Part shown: positions 31,398 to 40,981 of the stretch, one piece after another
How the letters are laid out: every line of letters begins with the position of its first letter
Numbering within the stretch: position 1 is the stretch's first letter
DNA from: an uncultured Candidatus Binatia bacterium
Lineage (GTDB): Bacteria > Desulfobacterota > Binatia > UBA9968 > JAJDTQ01
Direction: 5' to 3'
Assembly (NCBI GenBank): GCA_965242525.1
Contig: OZ251459.1
Span: forward strand, 1,568,001-1,632,000
Length of the DNA: 64,000 nt
Translations under genes and position numbers: made by a program
Notes under the pieces: model-generated
The model's input: the letters and a program-made list of their open reading frames with translations, nothing else
The model's database searches: none
What the model was told of the DNA's origin: nothing

Positions 31398-32894
31398 CTA
31401 TTGTCGAATCGCCGCGTTCTGCTCCGCGACGGGGAAGACGAGGGATTTGATGACCACCGGGACGGCGCCCGAGGAAGGGATGAGGGCGCCCACATCGATG
31501 TAGTCGAACTCCTGCAGCACGATGCCGTCCACGGAGATGATGGGCCGGTCGAACTTCATTTCCTCTTTGAAATGGAGACCCAGGATGCCGCCGATGTCGC
31601 CGTCGTTGACCAGGATCAACGGATGCCCCTTGTCGAGCAGGATCCGGAGACCGTCCGCCACCGCGCCGCAGAACGCCTGCAGGCGGTGGAACGTGGCGGA
31701 TCCCTGCCAGTGGAAGGCCAGGGCCACCGGCTGGCGGCCGGACTGGAGGTCCAGCCGCCGGAGCGCCGCGTCGATGGCGGCCATGACCTTTTCCCGGTCC
31801 ACATGGTCGTCCCACTGGAAGTCCACGCTCACCACCGGCACGTTCCGGACCGGGACGGCTTCCGGCGGCGCGATGAAGATGGTGCTGCCGCTCACCTGGA
31901 TGGTGTACTGGGAGGCCCCGATGACGGTAGCGCGGATGCGCGCCGAAGGCTCCAGTATGGGTATGTCCAGACCCTCCACCCGCCGGCGGATCTCCCGGCC
32001 CAGGAGCGCGCCCATGTCGCCGAAACCGTTCTCCGCATGGCCGTAGATGAACTCGGAGACGCCGCCGGAGAAGGTGACCGCGTCGATCTTCCCCCGGTAC
32101 GACAGCGGCGGCAGCCGCAGCAACCCGCGGGTCTCTTCGGTGAGGTCCTGCTGGTTGACCACCTCGAACAGGCGGTCGGCCATCTCCGAAGCGATGGAGC
32201 GGAGGGCGTCCTCGCCCAGGAGCCGGCCGAGATCCAGCTCGACCCCCACCGCGCTCCCGTGGCGCCGCCCGGCCTCCTCCACGCGCACCACCGCGTTGGC
32301 GTCGTCCATGGCCACCAGGCGGGCGCCCACGTCGATGGCCGTGACCTCCCGCACCCTGCCCCGGACACACACCGCGATCTTGCTGGTGCCGCCACCCACG
32401 TCGATGTTCAGCACCACTGCGTCGTCCCGACCGGAGCGGGCCACCGCGCCCGAGCCGTGGGCGGCCATGGTGGTCTCCAGACCGTCCCCCGCGGTGACCG
32501 AGACGAACCGGCCCGCCTCCTCCGCGAACAACTCGGCGATGGCCCGGGAGTTGCGGCGGCGCACGGCCACGCCGGTGAGGATCAGCGCGCCGGTGTCCAC
32601 GTCCTCCCGGTGGAGCCGGGCCCGCTCGTACTGCTCCTCGATGAACCGGCCCAGGCGGTCCACATCGATGGTCAGGTCGTCGGTGTAGGGCGTGAGCAGG
32701 ATCTCCGATTCGCTCAGCACCGTGCGCTTCCTGACCACGTAGCGGGTGCCTTCCTGGCTGAGCTCCAGGCGGGAGAACACCAGGTGGGACGTGGACGAAC
32801 CGATGTCCACGCCCACGCTGGTGAGCTTGATCTCGTCTTCGTCAACGATGTGTCGGCCGGCGCCGGTAAAGCCGAGGGGTCCTGGGGCGGCCAC
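31398..32894 (-). CDS. EutA-like reactivating-factor family ATPase (actin-like fold)
   Basis: SVGVDIGSSTSHLVFSRL, DTGALILTG, FVSVTAGDGLE, NIDVGGGT, FDYIDVG, VPVVIKSL. Confidence 0.85.
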   Translation of the reverse strand: MAAPGPLGFTGAGRHIVDEDEIKLTSVGVDIGSSTSHLVFSRLELSQEGTRYVVRKRTVLSESEILLTPYTDDLTIDVDRLGRFIEEQYERARLHREDVDTGALILTGVAVRRRNSRAIAELFAEEAGRFVSVTAGDGLETTMAAHGSGAVARSGRDDAVVLNIDVGGGTSKIAVCVRGRVREVTAIDVGARLVAMDDANAVVRVEEAGRRHGSAVGVELDLGRLLGEDALRSIASEMADRLFEVVNQQDLTEETRGLLRLPPLSYRGKIDAVTFSGGVSEFIYGHAENGFGDMGALLGREIRRRVEGLDIPILEPSARIRATVIGASQYTIQVSGSTIFIAPPEAVPVRNVPVVSVDFQWDDHVDREKVMAAIDAALRRLDLQSGRQPVALAFHWQGSATFHRLQAFCGAVADGLRILLDKGHPLILVNDGDIGGILGLHFKEEMKFDRPIISVDGIVLQEFDYIDVGALIPSSGAVPVVIKSLVFPVAEQNAAIRQ

Positions 32895-32898
32895 GGCG

Positions 32899-34095
32899 CT
32901 AGGCTTTCGGCTGGTAGATCTCGGCAGGCATCTTGGACTTCATCCCCTCCCTGGCCAGGGTCTCTTCGAACTCCTTGCGCAGGAACGGGTCCTCGTCCCG
33001 GTAGGCGATGGCGGTGCCGCCGTCCTTGATCTCGATGGCGCCGTAGTCGATGGCCTTCTCACCGGGCCGGCCGCGCTCCCGGCCCGGGGCGTTGGGGCCG
33101 AACCACGCCGAAAGACGGAGGGGCTCCGCGCTCACGCCGAAGTGGGCGTGGAACCAGTTCCCGCCCATGGGCGCTGCGCTCACCATGCCCACGGGCTCGT
33201 AGTCCTGCCGCCGGACCTGTTCGCCCTTGCCGTCCTTCCACGGGGTGGGACCCAGGGTGGAGGGCCAAGTGTAGGTGTAGCCCTTGCCCTTGACGCAGAT
33301 GAGCACCGCGGCCGAGCCGTGGGCGTGGGCCTTGGAGTACCGGCCGGTCTCGTGCTGGCCGATCCAGAGGTAGAAGCTGTTGCCCACCATGTGCGGCTCG
33401 ATGCGGCGGTAGCCGGGGGAGCGGCGGTTGTCCAGCGGCAACTCGCAGGTCACGATGTCCGGGATGATGTTGGTCTGGCGCATGGCCAGCCCGCGCACCG
33501 GGTCGGGCTCGATCTCCTCGTTGGGCTTGTAGAAGTCGTCGGTCTCCCTGTAGCGGTCGCTGAAGACGTAGGGGCAGTTGAAGATGAAGTCCGTGTTGTT
33601 GAACAGGTTCATGATGTTGGGGGCGGTGGTGCCCGCCAGCAGCAGCGCCGGGCTGGAGGTGGCGTTCACGATCCGGTGCAGCGCGTTCACGGGTATGGCG
33701 AACAGGGAACCCGCCTGCCACTCGAAGGTGTGCTTCTTCTCGCTGCCTTCGACCCAGACCTCGGTGGTGCCGCGGCCCTCCACCACGAAGTACTGCTCCT
33801 CGTAGAGGTGCTTTTCCGCGTTCAGGGCGCCGGCCCCGGGAACCTCCACCACGTAGGAGCCCCAAAGCCCTTCCGTGCCCAGGAGCTGGATGAAGCTGGC
33901 GTTCCCGCCCAAGCGTTTCCATTGCTTCATGGGCAGGTTCTGGACCTTCTCCACCCCGATGTCACGGTAGATGGGTATCTCCTGCTCCTCCATGAAGGTG
34001 TCGTAAGCCGTGTTGGGCCGAAGGAACTTGCCGTAGCCCGCCTTCTGCATCTCGCCCGTCGGTTCCTGCCACTTGGATGTCCCGTTGCCAGCCAT
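32899..34095 (-). CDS. Bicupin-domain protein (putative dioxygenase/isomerase)
   Basis: Two cupin motifs: EKHLYEEQYFVVEGRG...P.NALHRI and KAHAHG...GKGY...WFHAHF. Start ATG 34095 follows GGAGG. Confidence 0.8.
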   Translation of the reverse strand: MAGNGTSKWQEPTGEMQKAGYGKFLRPNTAYDTFMEEQEIPIYRDIGVEKVQNLPMKQWKRLGGNASFIQLLGTEGLWGSYVVEVPGAGALNAEKHLYEEQYFVVEGRGTTEVWVEGSEKKHTFEWQAGSLFAIPVNALHRIVNATSSPALLLAGTTAPNIMNLFNNTDFIFNCPYVFSDRYRETDDFYKPNEEIEPDPVRGLAMRQTNIIPDIVTCELPLDNRRSPGYRRIEPHMVGNSFYLWIGQHETGRYSKAHAHGSAAVLICVKGKGYTYTWPSTLGPTPWKDGKGEQVRRQDYEPVGMVSAAPMGGNWFHAHFGVSAEPLRLSAWFGPNAPGRERGRPGEKAIDYGAIEIKDGGTAIAYRDEDPFLRKEFEETLAREGMKSKMPAEIYQPKA

Positions 34096-34267
34096 AGAGC
34101 CTCCCTGAACTGTTTGTGGTGAAGACGCCACTATAGACAATCACGGTTGGGAACGGTAGTCCTTGCCGGTCTCGCCCCGGCAAACGGTCCGGCTGGCGAG
34201 TCGGCGCCGGGAACCTGCCCGCCCGGACAGGCTCCCAGGCCCGCGGCCCTCGCCCGCTCGCCGCGCC

Positions 34268-34705
34268 TCAAGCGCCGGCGTCCAGCCCCGCCGCGGCGAT
34301 GCCGAACCGGGCGATGTCCTCGTCTTCGTCCGAAGTTCCCCCGCTCACACCCACCGCGCCCACCACGTCCTCCCCGTCGCATATGAGCAACCCTCCGGCC
34401 ACGGGCACGACCTTGCCTTCCGACATGGTGGTGAGGGCGCCCAGGAACGACGGCCGGTCTCCGAGGCGCTCGCCCAGGGCGCGGCTGGACCCGCCCATGC
34501 CCAGGCAGCCCCAAGCCTTGCCCATAGCCACCTGGGGCCGCAGGATCCCGGCCCCGTCCTCGCGCTTCAGCGCCTTCAGGTGGCCGCCGTCGTCCAGCAC
34601 CGCCACACACATGGGCCGGAGCTTCAACTCCCGCGCCCGCGCCAGGGTCTGATCGACGATGGTCCCTGCCTGCTCAAGACTCAGTATCGACTTCTTTCGT
34701 TCCAA
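34268..34705 (-). CDS. GlcG/HbpS family heme-binding protein
   Basis: CVAVLDDGGHL, A.GKAW, GAVGVSGG..DED. Confidence 0.88.
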   Translation of the reverse strand: MERKKSILSLEQAGTIVDQTLARARELKLRPMCVAVLDDGGHLKALKREDGAGILRPQVAMGKAWGCLGMGGSSRALGERLGDRPSFLGALTTMSEGKVVPVAGGLLICDGEDVVGAVGVSGGTSDEDEDIARFGIAAAGLDAGA

Positions 34706-34757
34706 TGTTCTCCTCCCTGGTTTCCGGGTCCGGCGCGACGGCCGCGGCCTTGCAACG

Positions 34758-35513
34758 TCACTCGATAGATGACAATAGCTGGAACTCCTGCGACGACATC
34801 GGTTCGTAGCTTCGCGGCCAGTGGCCGCTCAACTCGATCAAGACGCGCTGCCTGGAAGGTGGAGGAACCGGATTGACCTTCACTACCCGTGCACGGTAAC
34901 GGCCAGGGGCGTGAGCCATCGCTTCGACCAGGTCGCGGACCAGATAGCGGGGCGTCCACCCGATCATGTAATAGTCCTCCGTCTGGATCTGGACGGCAAG
35001 GTCGGTGACCGGGTTGGTCAGTTCCAGGGTGACGTAGAGCTCTTCGTCGGCCTTCAGGCGCTCCAGCCGTTGCCGCGCCTCGCCGTTCGTGTGCCGCCAA
35101 CCGTGGAGGAAGAACCGGCACCGGAAGCTGCCGTCTTCACCTTTCACGAGTTTCGGGAAGACTTCATGGTAGTCCGTCATCCGAAAGCCGCCATTCACGG
35201 ACAGGATTTCGATGGGATCCGCGTCTTCCGGCAAGTCAAGGTTGCTCAAATAGTCCGCACGGTCCGGCCTTCCCGGCGCGATGACCCGGTTCCTGAACAG
35301 TGGAAAGAGGTATGAGGATCGATAGTCTTCTCCCAGGTCGGGGAAATCCCACAACGCCGGAAAACCCACTCTTTCCTGTGCGTCCCTGGCCCCGCCCGTA
35401 TAGCGAAAGCGATAGAAGGAACGCGCAACGTCCGCATCCAACCGACCGATGGGGAACCATTCGCGGGTCCGTTCCCTGTCTTGCCAAGCCAGGAAAAGAG
35501 TTCTCTCGCTCAT
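34758..35513 (-). CDS. HIRAN-domain protein
   Basis: N-terminal LFLAWQD...WFPIGRL...LFPLFRNRV and C-terminal ELTNPVT..AV...IGWTPRYL (HIRAN-like). ATG overlaps the kinase stop. Confidence 0.75.
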   Translation of the reverse strand: MSERTLFLAWQDRERTREWFPIGRLDADVARSFYRFRYTGGARDAQERVGFPALWDFPDLGEDYRSSYLFPLFRNRVIAPGRPDRADYLSNLDLPEDADPIEILSVNGGFRMTDYHEVFPKLVKGEDGSFRCRFFLHGWRHTNGEARQRLERLKADEELYVTLELTNPVTDLAVQIQTEDYYMIGWTPRYLVRDLVEAMAHAPGRYRARVVKVNPVPPPSRQRVLIELSGHWPRSYEPMSSQEFQLLSSIE

Positions 35514-36400
35514 CGGAAAAGCTCCTGTAATCGTTCGAGATTGGAGCCCATCAGCGCCCTCGCGAACCTTCTGGCTGAAGGAGACATCCACTCCGCTGGC
35601 ACACGGTGGACAAGTTCATCCACGGAGTATTCGTCCAGCTTTTCGAGCTTCGCCAGCGCCGGACGGAAAAGAGACGGATGTTCGCGGGCCGCTCTCCTTG
35701 CCAACGCCAGAGGGCTGGGGCCATGCTGCTCGTCTTCCGACCAGTAAAGCGCGCCGCGTCCTCTTTCCGCATAATCTTCAACACGGTTCTCTGCCATCAG
35801 TCTATCACGGCGTTCATCCGAAAGCTCCCGTCCCAACGAAGATGCGTGATCGAAGGTCGGTGCTACGAAACCTCTCCATCCGTCCCTTGTTCGCCTCCGA
35901 AGTATGCCCCAATTCTCGTGGTGACGATCCGTGTTGCCGATCAACGCGTCCAGAACCAGGTATTCCGCAATCCGCAGCTTCGCCCGTCTCGAACCATCAG
36001 GCTCTACGAAAACGCGGTCCATTGCCTGCCAGATGTTCGCCAGCGTATGACTCGACTGATGAGCTTCCCTCCCGGGATCGTAACCATGAACCACCATCGC
36101 CAACATCTGGTTGCCGTGGATCAGTTCCCGACCGCCGCGTGCGAACGATTCCGTCACCGACCCTCGTCGCCCTTGGAACTCCGCCAACTCCACTTTCGCG
36201 TGCGAGATTCCCAGTAGTCCCGCGACCTCGGCCGCGACCTTCTCCGCCCAATGTTCGCCCGTGTTCGGCCGGGGGTATTTGAAGAGCCTGGACCTTCCCT
36301 GCTGCTCCGGATCGCTGTACCAGAACTTCCGCTTGCTCCCCATTTCTTCCGGCTCATGGACCGTTGGGGGAACTTCAACGACCGGGTAGGAGTCGGACAT
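35510..36400 (-). CDS. HipA-like Ser/Thr kinase
   Basis: G-loop EMGSKRKFW, LFKYPR, WAEKVAAE, catalytic DALIGNTDRHHENWG, APTFDHASSLG. Confidence 0.88.
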   Translation of the reverse strand: MSDSYPVVEVPPTVHEPEEMGSKRKFWYSDPEQQGRSRLFKYPRPNTGEHWAEKVAAEVAGLLGISHAKVELAEFQGRRGSVTESFARGGRELIHGNQMLAMVVHGYDPGREAHQSSHTLANIWQAMDRVFVEPDGSRRAKLRIAEYLVLDALIGNTDRHHENWGILRRRTRDGWRGFVAPTFDHASSLGRELSDERRDRLMAENRVEDYAERGRGALYWSEDEQHGPSPLALARRAAREHPSLFRPALAKLEKLDEYSVDELVHRVPAEWMSPSARRFARALMGSNLERLQELFR

Positions 36401-36491
36401 GGCGGTCGCTTCGCACAGTCAGCTTCATGCCGCTACGGATGTTTGGCCCCACGCCCGACCCGTTGAGGATTCCGACCGGGCAGCCCTCTGC

Positions 36492-39389
36492 TCACGACCC
36501 GGACTTGACCTGCCCGGTGCCGCTCGTCCCCTTCCGCGTTTCCGGGTCCGGCGCAGCCGGCTCGGCGGCTGCGTCCTTGCCGCGTCGGGTCTCCACCTGC
36601 AATGGAAGCTGTCCCTGTTTAGTCTCGCCCCAATAGACGGTCTGGTGCGGGAAGGGAATCTCGATGCCTTTCTCGTCGAAGGCCTTCTTCAGGCGGCGGT
36701 TGAACTCGCGGCCGATGCGCCACTGCTGGATGGGGCGGGTCTTGAGCCGCGCGCGCACGACCACCGCGGAATCCTCGAACCGATCGACCCCCATGATCTC
36801 GATGGGCTCCAGCATGTCGTAGCGGAACTGCGGGTCCTGGCGCATGGCCTCGTCCACATCCTTCAGGGCCGCCACCACCTCGTCGGTGTCCTCGCGGTAG
36901 GCCACTCCCACGTCCAGCAGGTAGCGCGAATAGTCCTTGGTCATGTTCTGCACGTGGTCGATGGTGCTGTTGGGCACGAAGTGCACGTTGCCGCTCAGGT
37001 CGCGTATGCGCACGGAGCGCAGTGTCACCTTCTCCACCACCCCGGAGACCCCTCCCACCTCCACCACGTCGCCCGCGCCCACGCTCCCTTCCGTGAGGAT
37101 GAACAGGCCGTTGATGACGTCCTTGATGAGCGACTGGGCGGCGAAGCCCACCGCCAGACCCACGATGCCGACACCGGCCAGCAGCGGGCCGGTCTCGATG
37201 CCCGCGAGTTGCAGGAGCAGGAAGAACCCCACCAGGACCACCAGCAGCTTGATGGAGGTCTGGGCCAGCGGGGCCAGGGTCTGGAGCCTCCTCCCGGTCT
37301 CCCGGCTGCGCACCCGGTCCAGCACCCTGGGACGCAGCAGCGAAAGCACCGCGACGTTGCTGAGCCGGACGAGGCCCAGCCCCGCCGCCACCACCAGGGC
37401 CATCAGGACGCCCCGGAAGAGCACCGTCCCCCCCAGCGGCGTCGCCAGGAAATCCACCACGGAAACGCCCCAGATCTCCAGTTGCACGACCACGCCCAGG
37501 ATCCCCAGGGGCACGTCCACCACCACCCATGCCAGGCGCCCGGCGCGACCGCCGTCGGCTTGGCCCCCGTCCGTCCCCGCGCGCCGGGCAGCGACCTTCC
37601 CGGACAGGGCGCGGACCCCGCTCTTCAGGTAGAAGGAAACCAGCAGCATGGAAAGCACCGTGAGGGTCGATCTCACGATCCTCTGCCATACGAACTGCGA
37701 CGCGTACTGGTAGCCCGCCAGGTTCAGGGCGACGATGCCGCCGAACACCGCCATGAGCGCGAAATGGACCAGGGGCCACACGGACCACAGGAACCCCTCG
37801 CTGGAACGGCTGCGCCGGAGGGCCGCCTCCATCAGGGAACTGCGGCGGCGGCATCCCACCGCTACCAACGCCAGCACCGCCAAGGTGAACGCGATCATCA
37901 GGAGGCGCGCCAGCGCCAGGCTCGCGGCCACGTCGTCCCCGGGCGCGTGCAGCAGGACGTGGCGCGGAACCAGCAACGCCAGCGCGGCCGCGCACCCCGC
38001 GGCGGACCCGAACCGCAGCGCCCGAGCCGCCTCCGGCGCCAGCCCCCAGCGCCGCTCGCCGTGGCCGTCCGGGCGGAAGACCGACTCGCCCACCAGTCCG
38101 ATCCACAGGACCAGCGCGGCGAGCTGCAACGCCCCGGTCAAGGCCGGACCCAGGGAGCCGTCCTGCAACAGGCCGAGCTGCGGCAGGGCCAGGGTGACGA
38201 GGACCAGGTAACCCGGCCAGACCGCGGCGTGGAGCGCCAGCAGGAGCGCCGCTCGATGCGCGGGCACGCGGCCCGGGCGAGCCCGCTGGCGGGCCACCCG
38301 GTCCCGGAGCGCCCCATGCCCCCGCACCGCAAGCCACGGCGCCAGGCCGAAGACCAGCACCGCGGCCAACCACGGCCACCACGACCCGGCGAAACGGCTG
38401 CGGGCCGTCCGACTCTGTAGCCGGGACCACTCGCCCAAGCGCCCGGAAAGGCCCAACCCCGCGTCCAGGGCCTGGGCCAACAACGCCCGGTTGGGCAGAA
38501 AGGGACCCAGCGGCTCACGGTTCCGGAGCCACAGCATCCGGCCCAGGACGAAGGTGTAGAGGCTTTCGATTTGGTCTTCCCGCCGGCGCTGCAACTCCGC
38601 CAGGCGGGCGGCCCGTTCGGCCAGCCCGGTGAGCACCCGTTCCTGTTCCTGCAGCGCCTCTTTCCGGCTTTCCACCAGGTCCTTCAGGCGGGACCTCAGT
38701 TCCGGCGTCGTCCGCCCCTGTGCGGCAAGGGCCTGCTCGTGGCTCCTGGCGTCGGAGTCCACGCGGAACGACAGCGCGCCCAACTCGAACAGGGCCTGCC
38801 GGAACTCCCGCACCCGTCGTTGCAGCGTCGCCTGGTCCGCGGAGCGCTGGGGCCGCCCCCGGCGGCGGAAGTTCTCGAGCTCCACCTTGACGTGCCGGGC
38901 CACCCAGTCGCCGGCGCCGTAGCGCTCCATCAACTCCACCAGGCGTTCCTTGTTGCGCACGTCCTGGGCCGCCAGCCGTTCCTGCTCGGAGAGTTCGACC
39001 CGCACCCGCTCCAGCTCCCTGTGGTAGGCCAGGGTCCGCTTCTGGACCTTCAGGACCTCCAGCTCCACCGCCATGAGCAGGCTCTCCACCCGCGACAGGC
39101 TTTCCGTGAGGCGCCTCTCGATGAAGGCCATGCGGTCGTCGAGCACCTCTTCCTCGCGCTCGATGCTGGCCGCGGTGCGCGCCGGAAGCTGCGCCCCGGG
39201 CGTTCCCGATGGCGCGGGTCCTGCCGCAGGCCGCACCGGCTGCACGGCCTCCGCCGGGTCCGCGGCGCCCACCGGCGGCGCCTGGGCGAGACTCCCCGAC
39301 GCCGCCAGCGCGAACGCGGCCGTGACCGCAGCCAGCGCCGCGGCCAACCATCTTCCGGAACGTCCGATCAATTCCGGCTCGAACTCCAT
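36492..39389 (-). CDS. MscS-family mechanosensitive channel with large periplasmic and TM extension (MscK-like)
   Basis: Signal peptide, coiled coil, many TM helices, GIVGLAVGFAAQSLIKDVINGLFIL, GIEIPFP. Confidence 0.9.
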   Translation of the reverse strand: MEFEPELIGRSGRWLAAALAAVTAAFALAASGSLAQAPPVGAADPAEAVQPVRPAAGPAPSGTPGAQLPARTAASIEREEEVLDDRMAFIERRLTESLSRVESLLMAVELEVLKVQKRTLAYHRELERVRVELSEQERLAAQDVRNKERLVELMERYGAGDWVARHVKVELENFRRRGRPQRSADQATLQRRVREFRQALFELGALSFRVDSDARSHEQALAAQGRTTPELRSRLKDLVESRKEALQEQERVLTGLAERAARLAELQRRREDQIESLYTFVLGRMLWLRNREPLGPFLPNRALLAQALDAGLGLSGRLGEWSRLQSRTARSRFAGSWWPWLAAVLVFGLAPWLAVRGHGALRDRVARQRARPGRVPAHRAALLLALHAAVWPGYLVLVTLALPQLGLLQDGSLGPALTGALQLAALVLWIGLVGESVFRPDGHGERRWGLAPEAARALRFGSAAGCAAALALLVPRHVLLHAPGDDVAASLALARLLMIAFTLAVLALVAVGCRRRSSLMEAALRRSRSSEGFLWSVWPLVHFALMAVFGGIVALNLAGYQYASQFVWQRIVRSTLTVLSMLLVSFYLKSGVRALSGKVAARRAGTDGGQADGGRAGRLAWVVVDVPLGILGVVVQLEIWGVSVVDFLATPLGGTVLFRGVLMALVVAAGLGLVRLSNVAVLSLLRPRVLDRVRSRETGRRLQTLAPLAQTSIKLLVVLVGFFLLLQLAGIETGPLLAGVGIVGLAVGFAAQSLIKDVINGLFILTEGSVGAGDVVEVGGVSGVVEKVTLRSVRIRDLSGNVHFVPNSTIDHVQNMTKDYSRYLLDVGVAYREDTDEVVAALKDVDEAMRQDPQFRYDMLEPIEIMGVDRFEDSAVVVRARLKTRPIQQWRIGREFNRRLKKAFDEKGIEIPFPHQTVYWGETKQGQLPLQVETRRGKDAAAEPAAPDPETRKGTSGTGQVKSGS

Positions 39390-39395
39390 CTCCCT

Positions 39396-39447
39396 GTAGG
39401 GAAAGCGCGTCCTTCGACTCCGCTTCGCTACGCTCAGGACGAACGGA
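39396..39447 (+). repeat. Family A REP-like repeat
   Basis: GGGAAAGCGCGTCCTTCGACTCCGCTTCGCTACGCTCAGGACGAACGG. Confidence 0.8.
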
Positions 39448-39500
39448 GATCTCGGGACGGACGGGTTTCTAGCACTCCGTAACAGTGCCTAAGTCACTGA

Positions 39501-39614
39501 CATGGAGTATCTTGTCATGCACGGCGAATATGTCTCGCGCCGCATCTCTGCTGACAGCATGGAGCATCTCATCATGCATGGCAAAGATGTCTCGCGCCAC
39601 ATACCTGCTGACAG
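39501..39614 (+). repeat. Imperfect 57-bp tandem duplication
   Basis: CATGGAGTATCTTGTCATGCACGGCGAATATGTCTCGCGCCGCATCTCTGCTGACAG followed directly by a similar copy. Confidence 0.75.
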
Positions 39615-39624
39615 AGCGACTGTT

Positions 39625-39765
39625 GGAACCTCTGAACAATCGAGACATCCGGGATGGATTCCCGATTCCCTCACCCTGACGCCCCTATCCCCGTTCGTCC
39701 TGAGCGTAGCGTAGCGAAGTCGAAGGACGCGCTCATGCACCCTGTCTCGATTGTTCAGAGATTCC
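39625..39765. mobile_element. MITE-like element with ~23-bp terminal inverted repeats enclosing a family A repeat
   Basis: GGAACCTCTGAACAATCGAGACA ... TGTCTCGATTGTTCAGAGATTCC. Second copy at about 52455-52628. Confidence 0.65.
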
Positions 39766-39777
39766 TGTTACGGGGTG

Positions 39778-40857
39778 CTAGAGAAGCCGCCGGGGCAGGT
39801 TGACGAAGGTGCTCATCTCGTGCGGCGGCGCGGTCGCGGGGGCCTTGCACACATGGGCGGGGCCGAGTTGGTCCACCCGGGTCACCCCCAGCAGTCCCAT
39901 GGCCACGCGGATCTCGTTCTCCAGCAACTCCAGGGCGCGCACGAGGCCGGCATGGCCCGCGGCTCCCAGGGCCCAGCCCTGGAGCTTGCCGATGGTCACC
40001 GCCTTGGCGCCCAGGGCCACCGCCTTCACCACGTCGGTGCCCCTGAGGAAGCCGCCGTCGATGACCACCTCGGCCTTGCCGTCCACCGCCCGGACGATCT
40101 CCGGGAGCATGTCCATGGTCCCCTGCCCGTGGTCGAGTTGGCGCCCGCCGTGGTTGGACACGTAAACCACGTCCACGCCGTGCTCCACCGCGATGGCGGC
40201 GTCCTCCGCGGTGGCCACGCCCTTGAGGATGAACGGCAGCCCGCCCATCTCCTTGATGGCGTCCATGGTCTCCCAGGTCAGCATGGCCTGGAACACCCGG
40301 TTCGAGGTCTCCACGCGCTTGCTGGGCGGCAGCCAGCGGTTCAGCAACTGCCGCTCCCGGTTGCCGTAGTAGGCGGAGTCCACGGTCAGGCACAACGCCT
40401 TGTAGCCCGACTGCCGGACCCGTCCGAGGATCTCGTCCACCCACGTCAGGTCCCCGCGGATGTAGAGCTGGAAGAGCTTGTCCGACCGGGTGCTGGCCGC
40501 GGTCTCCTCCAGCGTCGGCTGGCTCACGGAGCTCACGAAGTTGACGGTGCCGAACTCCTCGGCCGCCCTGGCCGACGCCACCGCGCCCTCCGGCGTGATG
40601 AGCTGGAGCGACCCGATGGGGGCCATCATCACCGGGATGCGGAGCTTGTGCCCCAGCACCGTGGTGGACGTATCGACCTTGGAGACGTCCGCCAGCACCC
40701 GCGGGCGCAGGGCCAGCGAGTCCAGCGCCAGCCGGTTGCGCCGCATGGTGGTCTCCGACTCCGCGGCCCCGGTCAGGTAGTCCCACACGCTCTGGGGCAG
40801 GTTGCGCCGGGCCTGGGCGATCAGCTCCTGGTTGCTGACGATTTCCTCGCTCATCAT
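39778..40857 (-). CDS. FMN-dependent alpha-hydroxy-acid oxidase/dehydrogenase
   Basis: DYLTGAAESE, LRPRVL, FQLY, LTVD, ILKG, VSNHGGRQLD, DGGF.RGTDVVKA. Confidence 0.93.
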   Translation of the reverse strand: MMSEEIVSNQELIAQARRNLPQSVWDYLTGAAESETTMRRNRLALDSLALRPRVLADVSKVDTSTTVLGHKLRIPVMMAPIGSLQLITPEGAVASARAAEEFGTVNFVSSVSQPTLEETAASTRSDKLFQLYIRGDLTWVDEILGRVRQSGYKALCLTVDSAYYGNRERQLLNRWLPPSKRVETSNRVFQAMLTWETMDAIKEMGGLPFILKGVATAEDAAIAVEHGVDVVYVSNHGGRQLDHGQGTMDMLPEIVRAVDGKAEVVIDGGFLRGTDVVKAVALGAKAVTIGKLQGWALGAAGHAGLVRALELLENEIRVAMGLLGVTRVDQLGPAHVCKAPATAPPHEMSTFVNLPRRLL

Positions 40858-40981
40858 CGTGTCCTTTTGGGAAAGGGATGGATCGGGAAGCGGCCTGCGG
40901 GAGTCCGCGCCGCGCAGACTCCCGCAGGCCGCTTCCGTCGAAAGGGACAACCCGCGGGACGGTCGGGGGACCGTCCGCGGC

